Origin: an uncultured bacterium | GTDB taxonomy: Bacteria; Patescibacteriota; Patescibacteriia; Patescibacteriales; UBA12465 | NCBI GenBank assembly: GCA_942492765.1 | Contig: OW818634.1 | Coordinates: 153,159 to 217,158 of the forward strand | Direction: 5' to 3' | Length of the DNA: 64,000 bases | In this document: one piece after another, positions 26,659 through 37,127 of the stretch | Layout: each line of letters starts with the position of its first letter | Numbering within the stretch: the stretch's first letter is position 1 | Position numbers and translations under genes: made by a program | The notes under the pieces: model-generated | The model's database searches: none | What the model saw: the letters and a program-made list of their open reading frames with translations, nothing else | What the model was told of the DNA's origin: nothing

Positions 26659-27315
26659 TTATTTCTTAGCTTCCGGCTTCTTGCCTTCTTCTTTCTTAGC
26701 GCCAGCGGCCGGAGCGCCCGCAGCCGGGGTCCCGGCGGCCGGAGTGGCTTCAGCAACGACTGGAGTCGGCTCAGCTTCAGCTTTAGGCTCTCTGACAGCA
26801 GCGATCATCTCATTAGTATGGCTGACGGCAACGATACCCTTGGGCAAAGCTAGGTCATTGATTCTGATAGCATCATCAAAAGTCTTTAAGACGGAAATAT
26901 CGATATCGATGTGATCGACCAGGTCGCCCGGCAAGCACTCAACTTCCAGGTGGGCCATATCCTTGATCAGAACGCCGCCTAATTCCTTGATAGCCTTAGC
27001 TTCGCCGATAAAGTGGAATGGGATTTCCGCGGTTATCTTCTCGCTCATATTGACCTGATAAAGATCGACATGGGTAAAAGTATTCTTCATGACATCGCGC
27101 TGAACTTCCTTGACTAAAACTTTGACCGCGCCTGAACCGAAATCGAGATTAATGAGGTTGGATTCGCCAGCGGCGGCAAAAGCCTTTTCAAATTCGACTT
27201 TCTTGAACTTCAAGCTCTTGTTCTCTACGCCCTTGCCATAGATTACGCCCGGGATTAAATCCGCGCCTAACTTTTCATTCTTGTCTCTTAATTGTGCTGA
27301 TAATTTGATTTCCAT
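26659..27315 (-). CDS. rplY: 50S ribosomal protein L25 / general stress protein Ctc form
   Basis: N-terminal LRDKNEKLGADLIPGVIYGKG is the L25 motif, followed by the Ctc C-terminal domain and a Pro/Ala/Lys-rich tail. Confidence 0.9.
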   Translation of the reverse strand: MEIKLSAQLRDKNEKLGADLIPGVIYGKGVENKSLKFKKVEFEKAFAAAGESNLINLDFGSGAVKVLVKEVQRDVMKNTFTHVDLYQVNMSEKITAEIPFHFIGEAKAIKELGGVLIKDMAHLEVECLPGDLVDHIDIDISVLKTFDDAIRINDLALPKGIVAVSHTNEMIAAVREPKAEAEPTPVVAEATPAAGTPAAGAPAAGAKKEEGKKPEAKK

Positions 27316-27356
27316 ATCATTTTAATTTTTATTATCTTTTATCTTAATTTTTAGTT

Positions 27357-28463
27357 TTAATAGCTGATTTTTGACTTAATGATGATATTCTCGATTATTC
27401 CCACTAACAATAGCAAAGAAATAAGCGAACTGCCTCCATAACTGATAAAAGGCAGGGGCAAGCCGACAACCGGAACGAGCCCTAGGTTCATACCAATATT
27501 AATAAACATTTGAATAAAAATCAAGCCGGTAGCCCCTAAAAGGAAATAAATACCGAAATCATTGTTTATTTTCTTCAAGATTCGGAAACAGCGAGAAAAG
27601 AAAATGGCATAGAAGCCAAGTACCAAGGTTACCCCTAAAAAGCCTAATTCTTCTGATATTACAGCAAAAATGAAGTCGGTATGCGCTTCCGGCAAAAATT
27701 TCAACTGGGATTGCGAGCCAAAACCGACACCCTTGCCGGTTAAGCCGCCGGATCCGATGGCTATGATGGATTGGGTGATATTATAGCCGGATTCCTGGGC
27801 ATTGCTATTAGCGCCCGAGAGATTCATTATTCTCTCTTTCTGATAATCCTTGAACAGGAAGAACCAGGCGATAACGAACAAGATCAATCCGCCCGAGGCG
27901 ATCATGATAAAATATTTCTTGTTAAATCCAGCCGCTAGCAGCATGAACAGCCAGATAGCGCCTAAGATCATGGCGGAACCGAAATCAGGCTGCAGCAAGA
28001 CCAAACCGATAAAAGCAAAGGTCATGAGAGCTGAACCGAAAAAATGACGGGCAGTCTTTACTCTGGTCGCTAAACCGGAAAAATAGCTGGCTAATGACAA
28101 GATCAGGACTATCTTGATGAATTCTACCGGCTGTAAGCCGAAGCCGAAGAGATTGAACCAACCCTTGGTATCTCTGATGGTTTGGCCGAAAATCAGGACG
28201 CCGATCAGCAAGAATACCGAAAGGATATAGATATACTTGTTCAGGCTCTTCAGAAAATATGAATCGACAAAAGTGAAGACAAATAAGAAAAAGAAGCCGA
28301 TGCCTGCAAAGAGGAGCTGCTTTTTGAAATTAATCAGATTGAGGCTGCCCTGCCCTAAAGCTACGCTATATATCTCCACCAAGCCGAAAGTCACCAGCAG
28401 AAGGACAGCGGCGAAGATTATCCAATCAAAATTCTTGAAATAAAGCTTGAAGCGGCTGATCAT
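27357..28463 (-). CDS. SEDS-family peptidoglycan glycosyltransferase (FtsW/RodA)
   Basis: 10-TM protein with QPVEFIKI, DFGSAMILG and PEAHTDFIFAVISEELGFLG signatures. Confidence 0.9.
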   Translation of the reverse strand: MISRFKLYFKNFDWIIFAAVLLLVTFGLVEIYSVALGQGSLNLINFKKQLLFAGIGFFFLFVFTFVDSYFLKSLNKYIYILSVFLLIGVLIFGQTIRDTKGWFNLFGFGLQPVEFIKIVLILSLASYFSGLATRVKTARHFFGSALMTFAFIGLVLLQPDFGSAMILGAIWLFMLLAAGFNKKYFIMIASGGLILFVIAWFFLFKDYQKERIMNLSGANSNAQESGYNITQSIIAIGSGGLTGKGVGFGSQSQLKFLPEAHTDFIFAVISEELGFLGVTLVLGFYAIFFSRCFRILKKINNDFGIYFLLGATGLIFIQMFINIGMNLGLVPVVGLPLPFISYGGSSLISLLLLVGIIENIIIKSKISY

Positions 28464-28465
28464 AA

Positions 28466-29377
28466 CTAGTTGGCGCTGGCCCCCTGATACTTAAGGTAGA
28501 CATTATCATCCATAATATTGATATCCGGAATAACTTCGGTTCGATTAACAGAATTGAATCGGCCCGGCCAGATGATCTTCACTGAACGGGTTTCGCCTGG
28601 CAAGAAATTCTGCAGTATATAACGGTTGACGCCGACTATTTCCGAACCGCTATATAAGAAAATGTTCAGCGGCGCCTCATAATAGCCGTAGGCGGTTTGA
28701 TTCTTGACTGAGAAATCAAAGGTGCTCAGATTAACCTTGTCAGATAAGCCGCTCGCGGCAGCAGAAGCGAAATTCATATCAGAGAAAGCGAAGTCTAAGC
28801 GCTGGCCCAGAAAATCCGCCCAATTAGGAATCTGATGGGCATCAATTCGACGCCAGAATATGTCGGAAATACTGAATGACAATTCGCTGCGGCTGCCGCT
28901 GAAGGCTTGGGCGAGAGCCAAGATATTTTTCTTTTCACTCGGCAGTATGAAAGATTTGCCGCAAGCTAAATCCTTATCGCCCTGCTTGAAGCAATAGCTG
29001 AAATTAGCCATGAACTTGTCATTGGGATTAGTCACCTGGATCGCTAAGTCAGAATGGCCGTCCAGATCAAAGACCTGTAGCGCTGCTGTTTCCAGATCGC
29101 TCGTCACTTGTCGCGACGCGAAAGACAGATTATTATTTATCAATTCTGAATTAGGATCGCCAGAGATAAAATAAACAATATAACTATAAGAGGAGTATAT
29201 GAAAAAGAAAGCCGATAACGATATAAGGAAAATAATGACGATCTTAATTATCCGGCGGCGATGTTCCGCCACCCACAGTCCGAAATTCATGCGTTTCAGG
29301 CTGACATCCGCTTCATCGTTATAATTTTTCAAATCGATATCCTTGTTCTGGCCGTTTAAATTTTCTTCTTTTGACAT
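28466..29377 (-). CDS. membrane-anchored hypothetical protein
   Basis: 303 aa with one TM (IIKIVIIFLISLSAFFFIYSSYSYIVYFI) and an extracytoplasmic beta-rich domain. It abuts the SEDS gene (2-nt gap). Confidence 0.6.
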   Translation of the reverse strand: MSKEENLNGQNKDIDLKNYNDEADVSLKRMNFGLWVAEHRRRIIKIVIIFLISLSAFFFIYSSYSYIVYFISGDPNSELINNNLSFASRQVTSDLETAALQVFDLDGHSDLAIQVTNPNDKFMANFSYCFKQGDKDLACGKSFILPSEKKNILALAQAFSGSRSELSFSISDIFWRRIDAHQIPNWADFLGQRLDFAFSDMNFASAAASGLSDKVNLSTFDFSVKNQTAYGYYEAPLNIFLYSGSEIVGVNRYILQNFLPGETRSVKIIWPGRFNSVNRTEVIPDINIMDDNVYLKYQGASAN

Positions 29378-29465
29378 ATTTGTGATATAATAGTTTTACG
29401 CTTAACGCCAACGCTTTAGCGCCTTAATCATACCATAATATCATAAATTTTTAAATATTTTAGCT

Positions 29466-30416
29466 ATGAAATCAATCAAGATGCCCTTGAGCGTACCAAA
29501 TAACAAAAAAAGTGAGTACCTGAGGAATTACCGCCTATTGACTAATGGTAGCGGCAATCTTCTGCTCATTGCCGGCGACCAGAAAGTGGAACATCTTAAT
29601 GCTGATTTCTTCGGCCCAGGCATAGCGCCAGAAGACAAAAACCCGGAGCATCTCTTCAAGATAGCGTCCGCCTCTAAAGGCGGGGTTTTAGCGACTCATC
29701 TCGGCTTCATCTCCAGATATGGCCGCGACTATCGCTCGCTTCCTTACATCGTCAAGCTCAACGGCAAGACCAATCTCGGCGCAGGCGAAAAGAATTCTAA
29801 CAAAGTCTGGTGGACAGTCGAGGATATCATCAAGTTCAAGAAGCAGAGCGGCCTGAATATCGCAGCGATCGGCTATACCCTATATCTCGGCGGTATTTAT
29901 GAAGCTAAGATGCTCAAAGCAGCGGCGCAGGCGATCTTTGAGGCACACCAAGCCGGATTATTAGCTATCCTCTGGGTTTATCCGCGCGGCAAAGGCGTCA
30001 AGGAAGAAGATATCCATACTATTGCCGGCGGTGCCGGAGTAGCGGCCGCGCTTGATGCTGATTTCGTTAAAGTCAAATATCCTTATGGCCTGAAAGATAA
30101 GAAAGCCGCGGCTGCAAAATTCCAGGAAGTGACAGAAGCTGCCGGTCGGACCAAGGTGATTTGCGTTGGCGGCGATAAGCGTCCGGTCAAGGATATATTA
30201 GAACACTTAGAGGAACAAATCCGCACATCCGGAACTGCCGGCATGGCGATAGGCCGTAACTTACATCAGAGATCGCTCGAAGAAGCGACTAGACTGAATG
30301 CCGCCTTGGGCGCGATAATCTTCCATAATAAGAACGCTAAAGAGGCGCTAGCTCTGTATAATAATAAAACAAAAATTAAAAAAGCGGGCCTATCTAAATT
30401 CCTGGGATTATTTTAA
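29466..30416 (+). CDS. class I aldolase, DhnA/FbaB-type (fructose-bisphosphate aldolase or related DeoC/LacD-family enzyme)
   Basis: LLLIAGDQKVEHL and ADFVKVKYP (Schiff-base Lys context), about 316 aa as in archaeal-type class I FBP aldolases. The exact substrate is not determinable. Confidence 0.7.
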   Translation: MKSIKMPLSVPNNKKSEYLRNYRLLTNGSGNLLLIAGDQKVEHLNADFFGPGIAPEDKNPEHLFKIASASKGGVLATHLGFISRYGRDYRSLPYIVKLNGKTNLGAGEKNSNKVWWTVEDIIKFKKQSGLNIAAIGYTLYLGGIYEAKMLKAAAQAIFEAHQAGLLAILWVYPRGKGVKEEDIHTIAGGAGVAAALDADFVKVKYPYGLKDKKAAAAKFQEVTEAAGRTKVICVGGDKRPVKDILEHLEEQIRTSGTAGMAIGRNLHQRSLEEATRLNAALGAIIFHNKNAKEALALYNNKTKIKKAGLSKFLGLF

Positions 30417-30440
30417 TCAACTACTCAACTGCTGTAAATA

Positions 30441-30470
30441 AAAAAGCACCGGTTATTCTGGTGCTTTTTA
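30441..30470. terminator. bidirectional rho-independent terminator
   Basis: Stem GCACCGG/CTGGTGC (30446-30452 / 30458-30464), A-run 5' and T-run 3'. It lies between convergent genes. Confidence 0.65.
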
Positions 30471-30496
30471 TATCTGTTTTATATATCGTTAATTTC

Positions 30497-31984
30497 TTAT
30501 TCCGTTTTCACTTCAACTTTGATCCTGTCGACTAAGCTCGGAGCCTTCTTAATGAAAGATGGCGAGAACTTTAATTCATAATCCCTGACTTCATTCTGGC
30601 TCTTCAGATAAGTGCCGATCTGGCCAGCGCTGAGATTAACAAGCTGGGACGGATCAATCACCTCAGAATCCCTCTTCAATATCATCGTGCCGTTAAAAGA
30701 AGCTTTGATAGTCGCCGTTCCCGACATCGGATCATAATTATCAAAAGTATAAGCGATATTCTCCGACTTGAAATCGCTCAATTCCTTATCATCAGGAATA
30801 ATCAGATTGAATTTAGCGGCGGCTAATTTAGCTGCTTCCTGTTTCGAGAAAGAAACGGCGATAATCTTGCCATTGGCCTTAGCCGTAAATTCGTCTTTCT
30901 TGTCTCCGACCTTGGCGTCGATATTGACTATCGCCGGACCGCTCGCCAGGTAGAGCCAATCTCCAGATGCGCCATTCGCTTCAGCCTGCTTTTTGGCTGC
31001 CTCAGTCAAGGCGTCATTGATGTCTTTAGAGGCTGCCTCTAGATCAGCCGAAGTTATATATTTCTTGACTTGCTTGGAGAAAGAAAAGGCCATATCGCTC
31101 TTAGCGAAGATCTTGTCCTGCAGGCCGAGCCAGAGCCCGGGAATAGTGAAAGTCGTCGGCTCTATCGCTAAGTCAGCTGCCGGCTTATCGGCATAAATAT
31201 CAGCCACAACTTCCCCTCCAGCCGGAATGTTAACCGCGTTCTTGATCCTGAATAATTTATTGTCAGCGCTGAGCAGCCTAGTCGTCGCGACCAGGGCCTG
31301 ATTCTTCGAAGAATTATTTATCAATCTGACTTGCCCGATGATCGCCTCGCCCAGATAGGTTTCTCCTGAGGCTGGATAAGTCTTGGCGACATCGGCGCTT
31401 ATCTCCTTAACGACGCCGTTTATCTCTTCGCGCGGATCATTGAGGACGGCAAAGGCGGAACTAGAAGTCGCCTTAGCTAGACCGGCATCAGCAATCTTCA
31501 GCAATAAAGTGTCGCTGATATTTTCGCCCTTCAAACTGAGAGATATGGTTAATTTTGAAAAAGAGAAATAAAAGACGACTGCGGCCAGAAGCGCTACCAG
31601 GATGACGAATTTTATCACTAAGCGGCGATAAAGGCCGACGCTTCTCTTCTTTTCGGCTCCGCCTCGCTTGAGCGAGTATTCTTTGGATCCATCAGAATTC
31701 TTGAGTTTTTCAGCTAGATCAGAAAAATATCTCTTCTGATTATCAATCTCATCATCCTCCTTTTTCTCGCGCTTCGATATCTTTTCTATGATCTCCGTTT
31801 TTTCTTCCTTATCCTCCTTATATTCCGGCCAGCTCGCTTCCATCAGCGGCTCATCTTCAATGACGTCGATCAGGATAGATTTAGTCCTTTTCTTGGGATG
31901 AATGGTCCTGGCAGCCGCTTTTTTTTCAACTCGAGGCTTCTTGGCGGCGGCAGAGATTGGAGATTTAGTTCTAGGCATAAACAA
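30497..31984 (-). CDS. membrane-anchored hypothetical protein
   Basis: 495 aa with a Lys/Glu-rich cytoplasmic N-terminus, one TM (VIKFVILVALLAAVVFYF) and a large extracytoplasmic domain. No motif recognised. Confidence 0.6.
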   Translation of the reverse strand: MFMPRTKSPISAAAKKPRVEKKAAARTIHPKKRTKSILIDVIEDEPLMEASWPEYKEDKEEKTEIIEKISKREKKEDDEIDNQKRYFSDLAEKLKNSDGSKEYSLKRGGAEKKRSVGLYRRLVIKFVILVALLAAVVFYFSFSKLTISLSLKGENISDTLLLKIADAGLAKATSSSAFAVLNDPREEINGVVKEISADVAKTYPASGETYLGEAIIGQVRLINNSSKNQALVATTRLLSADNKLFRIKNAVNIPAGGEVVADIYADKPAADLAIEPTTFTIPGLWLGLQDKIFAKSDMAFSFSKQVKKYITSADLEAASKDINDALTEAAKKQAEANGASGDWLYLASGPAIVNIDAKVGDKKDEFTAKANGKIIAVSFSKQEAAKLAAAKFNLIIPDDKELSDFKSENIAYTFDNYDPMSGTATIKASFNGTMILKRDSEVIDPSQLVNLSAGQIGTYLKSQNEVRDYELKFSPSFIKKAPSLVDRIKVEVKTE

Positions 31985-32047
31985 AAAAACAAATTTAATT
32001 TTGATTAACTCTATTATAACAGAAAATCAAAATACCGACAACCAAAT

Positions 32048-32461
32048 TTAACTGATCTTGGCCAGGTCGCCATCGATAATTATCGGCTGCAGCGCTTTGA
32101 GCTCATCGCTATACAGCATCTTCGGGATATCATACAAGAAATAGACCTTCTTATTCAAAATATGAGCAAAACCGGCTTCGAGAAAAGAGTTGCCGCCGAC
32201 ATAATTATCAATGCCGCCTTTGTCATAATTCAGGATAAGGACTCCATCAGCCGCCTCGATCTCCTGATAATACGCCCTGATGAGATCGTATTTGATCTTA
32301 TTCTTAACCGTCTCGGCTTTCGTTTCCATGGCTAACTGGGATTTAGCATAACGCTCGGCGTTACGAGGCAGGACGACGTCATGACCGAGCTTTTCCAGGC
32401 CGGACTTGATTTCCATCATTTCCTTGGCGAAAATCATACTAGCGCAGATGACGATTTTCAT
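32048..32461 (-). CDS. hypothetical protein, nucleoside 2-deoxyribosyltransferase-like fold suspected
   Basis: MKIVICASMIF... and GGNSFLEAGFAHILNKKVYFL resemble the Rossmann-like Nuc_deoxyrib_tr pattern (G.a.E.G.A....K.v). The call is weak. Confidence 0.5.
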   Translation of the reverse strand: MKIVICASMIFAKEMMEIKSGLEKLGHDVVLPRNAERYAKSQLAMETKAETVKNKIKYDLIRAYYQEIEAADGVLILNYDKGGIDNYVGGNSFLEAGFAHILNKKVYFLYDIPKMLYSDELKALQPIIIDGDLAKIS

Positions 32462-32473
32462 ATGATTATATGA

Positions 32474-35400
32474 TTACTCGGCTATCTTCAGCGTTTCTAA
32501 GAAACGCTCTCTTAGCTCTTTATTAAGCTGGCTATTATTATCAACTTTAAAAGCGGTCTTGATTATCTTCGGCTTGTCCGCTTCGGTCACCCTGAAATAA
32601 ACCTCGTCTTGCCCTGGATAAGCGGCAAAAAGTCCGCGCAAATTTTCAAGGTTAGCCGCATTCAATTCCTGCAAGAAGATCAAGCGCAGGGGCTTAGACG
32701 CGGACTGGCTGGCAGACGGCTTAGGCGAAGCCGCTCGCGGCGCCTTAACGGCTGAAACTTTATTGCTCTCATAGCTATTGTTATTATAACCGTTACCAAA
32801 GCCATTGCCGTTCTTGCCGCGATAACTCGGTTTAGGCGGATTATCAAGCATAATCTTTTTGAACGCGTCGATAGAAGCTTGGGGCGCGAGCGGATCAAGC
32901 GGCATAGCCCGATTAACGAGCACCTTAGCTTCCTGGTCTTTTTCGGACACTTTGCTATCAGTAATAATCGCTTGCCCACTGATCCATAGCGAGGCTGTCT
33001 CTTTCAAGAGGCGCGGAAATATCAAGAGTTCGACAGAATTAGTCGCATCTTCCAGCTTCACGAACAGCATGGATTCGCCCTTGCGGGTGATGATCTTCTT
33101 GATAGTAGAGACGATGCCAGCGACTATTACTCTGTCATCGCTCTTATGGCCGCCGAGAGAGACTAGCGGAATGATATAATTATTCAAATACGGCCGAAAA
33201 GCGTTGAAAGGATGTTCACTGACATATAAGCCCAGCAATTCTTTTTCCCAGATCAGCTTCTCGTTCTGCTCTGCTGGCGGCGCCGGATTAAGCGTCAGGC
33301 GGCTCAGGTTAGCGGTCGGCATCTCCGCGAAAAGGCTGGTCTGCTTATTATCCTTATTCTTCGCTAATTCCTTATTGAAGCTCAGCATCCTTTCGGTATT
33401 GGCGAGCAGCATCCCGCGCTCGCCGAAATTATCAAGAGCGCCGCTCTTGATCAGACTTTCCAAAGATTTCTTATTTAAATCTTTATCAGTCACCCTTTCT
33501 AAGATATCAAAGACGTCCTGATAGGGCCCGTTCTCCTTCCTCTCGCGGATGAGCTCTTCGACAATATGTTCGCCGACGTTCTTGATGGCTTTCAAGCCGA
33601 AACGGATAGTATTAATGCTCTTATCATCAGCGGTCACGGCGCGGTTCTCTTTGGTGCCCGAGGTGACGACGGTAAAGGTTCCGAAGGATTCGTTGATATC
33701 CGGCGCCATGATCTTTACGCCCATATTGCGGCACTCCTCGATCTCGATGGCAACACGATCGGTATCTCCCTGGTCTGACGTCAATAACGCGGCCATGAAT
33801 TCTACCGGCCAATGCGCCTTGAGATAGGCGGTCTGGTAGCCGATAAGAGCATAGCAGGCGGCATGACTGCGATTAAAGCCATAGCCGGCGAAAGGCTCAA
33901 TGAAAGAAAAGACTTTTTCTCCTAGTTCTTTATAAACGCCATTCTTGACGCAGCCTTCAATAAATTTTTCTTTCTGTTCTGCCAGCAAAGAAGCGATCTT
34001 CTTACCCATGGCTTTGCGCAAGACATCGGCCTGACCCATAGTGAAGCCAGCTAAGTCTCTCGCGATCTGCATGACTTGCTCCTGATAAATAGCGACGCCG
34101 TAGGTCTTTTCTAGGATGGGCGCCAATTTCGGATGCAAGTAAATAACTTTTTTAGTCTTATGCTTGCCGGCGATATAATCAGGGATCCACTCCATCGGTC
34201 CCGGGCGATAAAGAGCGACCATGGCGATGATGTCCTCAAAGACTGTCGGCTTAAGTTCGCGCAGATAGCGCTTCATGCCGGAAGATTCGAATTGAAACAC
34301 GCCGGTGGTTTCCCCGTCTTGGAATAATTTATAAGTCCTCGCGTCGTCTAACGGAATCTTATCTATATCCAATTCTAAGCCGCGGGTATTTTTTATAATC
34401 TTTAAGGCCGACTCGATGATAGTCAGGTTTTTCAAGCCCAAGAAGTCCATCTTCAATAAGCCCAAGTCTTCGACCGGATGGAGAGAATATTGAGAGATAA
34501 CGCTCTTATCAGCCGAGGAAGCATATTGGATCGGCACATTATCAGTCAGCGGATCCTTAGTGATGAGCACGCCGCAGGCATGGGTCGAAGAATGACGGGC
34601 AACGCCTTCCAGACGCTTCGCGTAATCCAAGATCTTCTTAGCGGCTGGTTCGGTATTATACATCTCTTTTAATTCCGGCACGGTCTTGAGGGCTTCATCC
34701 AGCTTCATCATCATCGGTATGCTCTTGGAGATCTTATCGCAATAATCATAAGGTTCATCCAGCACGCGGCCGACATCACGCACGGCCGCCCGAGCCGCCA
34801 TAGTTCCGAAAGTGATGATCTGCGCGACATGGTCTTGGCCGTATTTTTCTTCGACATACTTAAGCACTTCGCCGCGGCGGATATCAGCGAAGTCCATATC
34901 GATATCAGGCATGGAGATGCGATCCGGATTCAAGAAACGCTCAAATAATAAGTCATACTTCAGCGGATCAAGATTAGTGATTCCGGTCAGGTAACAGACC
35001 AATGATCCGGCGGCGCTGCCGCGGCCCGGACCAACAACGATCTTATTGTCCTTAGCCCAATTTATAAAATCAGCGACAATCAAGAAATAAGAGGGCCAGC
35101 CCATCTTGGCGATGACTGATAATTCGTAATCTAGGCGCTCCTTAATTTTCTTCATTTCTTCATCACTCGCCTCTGGGAAACGCTTAGTGATTCCCTTTTC
35201 GCACCATTCTTTCAGATAAGACGAGCCGTCATAGCCTTCAGGCACCTTGAAATGCGGCAATTGAATATTACCGAGTTCGATCTCGACATTGCACATCTCG
35301 GCTATCTTCAAGGTATTCTCGATGGCGTCCGGAGTGTCTTTGAAAGCAGTAATCATCTCTGCGTTCGGCCGCATGGAAAAATCTCCGTGTCCGATCATGG

Positions 35401-36112
35401 TCATGCGGTCGGTATCGCTCTTCTTCTTCTTATTCTGCAGGCACAGCAAGATATCCTGAGCTTCCGCATCCTCTTTCTTAAAATAATGGACGTCGTTGGT
35501 CGCGACTAGTGGGACGCCTAACTCCCTGGAAAACTTGATCATCGCCTTATTAACCTTTTCCAAGTCTTCTCCTAATTCGGGATGATCCATTATCTCCAAA
35601 TAAAAATTGCCCTGCCCGAACAGACTATTATATTCCAAGATTCTCTTTTTCGCTTCCTCTAACTTATCGGCCGCAATCAGGCGCGGAATTTCGCCGGCCA
35701 AGCAGGCGGTCGAAGCGATCAATCCCTCATGATGCTCAACTAATATTTCCCAATCGATTCTAGGCTTATAATAGAAGCCTTCAATATGGGCATGGGAAAC
35801 GAGCTTGATTAGGTTCTTATAGCCGGTCAGGTTCTTAGCCAATAAGAGTAGATGGTAGCCGCGGCCGTCTTCGCGCGTATTCTTGTCAAAGCGGGAATGA
35901 GGCGCCAGATAGGTCTCAACGCCCAGGATAGGCTTGATTCCAGCCTTCTTGGCCTTCTGGTAGAACTCTATGACTCCATACATGGTTCCATGGTCAGTAA
36001 TAGCTACAGCCGGAGACCCCTGTTCTTTAGCAAAATTAATCATCTCGTCGAGCTTAGTCAGCCCGTCGAGCAAGGAGTAATGGCTATGGTTGTGGAGGTG
36101 GACAAAAGACAT
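32474..36112 (-). CDS. dnaE: DNA polymerase III alpha subunit
   Basis: PHP domain FVHLHNHSHYSLLDG, polymerase core (PDIDMDF, GLLKMDFLGLKNL), HhH and OB regions. 1212 aa, uninterrupted. Confidence 0.97.
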   Translation of the reverse strand: MSFVHLHNHSHYSLLDGLTKLDEMINFAKEQGSPAVAITDHGTMYGVIEFYQKAKKAGIKPILGVETYLAPHSRFDKNTREDGRGYHLLLLAKNLTGYKNLIKLVSHAHIEGFYYKPRIDWEILVEHHEGLIASTACLAGEIPRLIAADKLEEAKKRILEYNSLFGQGNFYLEIMDHPELGEDLEKVNKAMIKFSRELGVPLVATNDVHYFKKEDAEAQDILLCLQNKKKKSDTDRMTMIGHGDFSMRPNAEMITAFKDTPDAIENTLKIAEMCNVEIELGNIQLPHFKVPEGYDGSSYLKEWCEKGITKRFPEASDEEMKKIKERLDYELSVIAKMGWPSYFLIVADFINWAKDNKIVVGPGRGSAAGSLVCYLTGITNLDPLKYDLLFERFLNPDRISMPDIDMDFADIRRGEVLKYVEEKYGQDHVAQIITFGTMAARAAVRDVGRVLDEPYDYCDKISKSIPMMMKLDEALKTVPELKEMYNTEPAAKKILDYAKRLEGVARHSSTHACGVLITKDPLTDNVPIQYASSADKSVISQYSLHPVEDLGLLKMDFLGLKNLTIIESALKIIKNTRGLELDIDKIPLDDARTYKLFQDGETTGVFQFESSGMKRYLRELKPTVFEDIIAMVALYRPGPMEWIPDYIAGKHKTKKVIYLHPKLAPILEKTYGVAIYQEQVMQIARDLAGFTMGQADVLRKAMGKKIASLLAEQKEKFIEGCVKNGVYKELGEKVFSFIEPFAGYGFNRSHAACYALIGYQTAYLKAHWPVEFMAALLTSDQGDTDRVAIEIEECRNMGVKIMAPDINESFGTFTVVTSGTKENRAVTADDKSINTIRFGLKAIKNVGEHIVEELIRERKENGPYQDVFDILERVTDKDLNKKSLESLIKSGALDNFGERGMLLANTERMLSFNKELAKNKDNKQTSLFAEMPTANLSRLTLNPAPPAEQNEKLIWEKELLGLYVSEHPFNAFRPYLNNYIIPLVSLGGHKSDDRVIVAGIVSTIKKIITRKGESMLFVKLEDATNSVELLIFPRLLKETASLWISGQAIITDSKVSEKDQEAKVLVNRAMPLDPLAPQASIDAFKKIMLDNPPKPSYRGKNGNGFGNGYNNNSYESNKVSAVKAPRAASPKPSASQSASKPLRLIFLQELNAANLENLRGLFAAYPGQDEVYFRVTEADKPKIIKTAFKVDNNSQLNKELRERFLETLKIAE

Positions 36113-36147
36113 GGAATATTTTAAGAAAAATTAAGATTTCTCTTATC

Positions 36148-36176
36148 ATTTTAGTATAAGAAACCCAGACTGACAA
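36148..36176 (-). promoter_or_regulatory. sigma70-like promoter for dnaE
   Basis: Minus strand reads TTGTCA (36171-36176), 17 nt spacer, TAAAAT (36148-36153). Confidence 0.4.
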
Positions 36177-36182
36177 CTTGAC

Positions 36183-36212
36183 AAAAAGAGCTGGACTTGC
36201 CAGCTCTTTTTT
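36183..36212. terminator. rho-independent terminator after parB
   Basis: Stem AGAGCTGG/CCAGCTCT (36187-36194 / 36200-36207), flanked by A5 and T5 runs. Confidence 0.7.
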
Positions 36213-36239
36213 ATGATTAAAATCGTAGTAACCATTGTC

Positions 36240-37124
36240 TTATTGCTTATTTATCTTCTTCAAAATATTTATCAATTCTTCCTCGCTATAAAAATCAATC
36301 ATTATCTTGCCGCCCCTTCCCTGGCGTTTCAATTCTACTTTAGTGCCGAGGAATTCGCCTAATTCATTCTCTTGCGCCCTATCAAAATAATCTTTCTCTT
36401 TGACTTCTTTGGTGCTGGTCAATCTTTTTATCTCCTTATCCGTTTCCGCGACTGTCAGATTCTGGCGCAGAATCTTCTTCAGCATGTTCAGCTGCTTGGC
36501 TTCGCTTTCCAGTCCTAAAAGATACTTAGCGTGCGCTTCAGAAATCTTCCCGGTCGCCAAGGCTTCCTGAATCGGCAGAGGCAGGGCTAAAAGGCGCAAA
36601 GCATTGGCGACGCTAGAACGCGCTTTGCCGACTTTCTTAGCCGCTTCTTCCTGAGTTATATTGAACTCATCGATCAGGCGCTTATAAGCGCGGGCAGTCT
36701 CGAGCGGATTAAGGTTCTCGCGCTGCAGATTCTCGATCAAAGCTATCTCTAATTTTTTTTGTTCTTTCTCTTCGCGCACTATCACCGGCACTTCCTTAAG
36801 CCCGATCATCTTCGCGCTGCGCCAGCGGCGTTCGCCGGCGATAAGTTCATAATTATCGCCTTTCTTAGTAACAACGAGGGGCTGGATTATGCCGTGCTGC
36901 TTAATTGATTCGGCTAAATCATTCAAGGCGCTCTCAGAAAAATGCGTGCGCGGCTGTTGCGGATTAATGACTATCTTATCAGGATTTATCCTCAATATCC
37001 TGTCTCCGTCGCTCAGGACGACAGTCTCCTCTTCTGAGGCTTCCGCCTTGAAGGGATTCTGTCCGTAAGTGACAGTCTTCTTGGGAATTAAGGAGCCGAG
37101 TCCTCGGCCTAAACCTTGGGGCAT
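36240..37124 (-). CDS. parB: chromosome partitioning protein ParB
   Basis: IQPLVV....YELIAGERRWRSAK (ParB box), HTH region ITQEEAAKKVGKARSSVANALRLL. Confidence 0.93.
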   Translation of the reverse strand: MPQGLGRGLGSLIPKKTVTYGQNPFKAEASEEETVVLSDGDRILRINPDKIVINPQQPRTHFSESALNDLAESIKQHGIIQPLVVTKKGDNYELIAGERRWRSAKMIGLKEVPVIVREEKEQKKLEIALIENLQRENLNPLETARAYKRLIDEFNITQEEAAKKVGKARSSVANALRLLALPLPIQEALATGKISEAHAKYLLGLESEAKQLNMLKKILRQNLTVAETDKEIKRLTSTKEVKEKDYFDRAQENELGEFLGTKVELKRQGRGGKIMIDFYSEEELINILKKINKQ

Positions 37125-37127
37125 ATA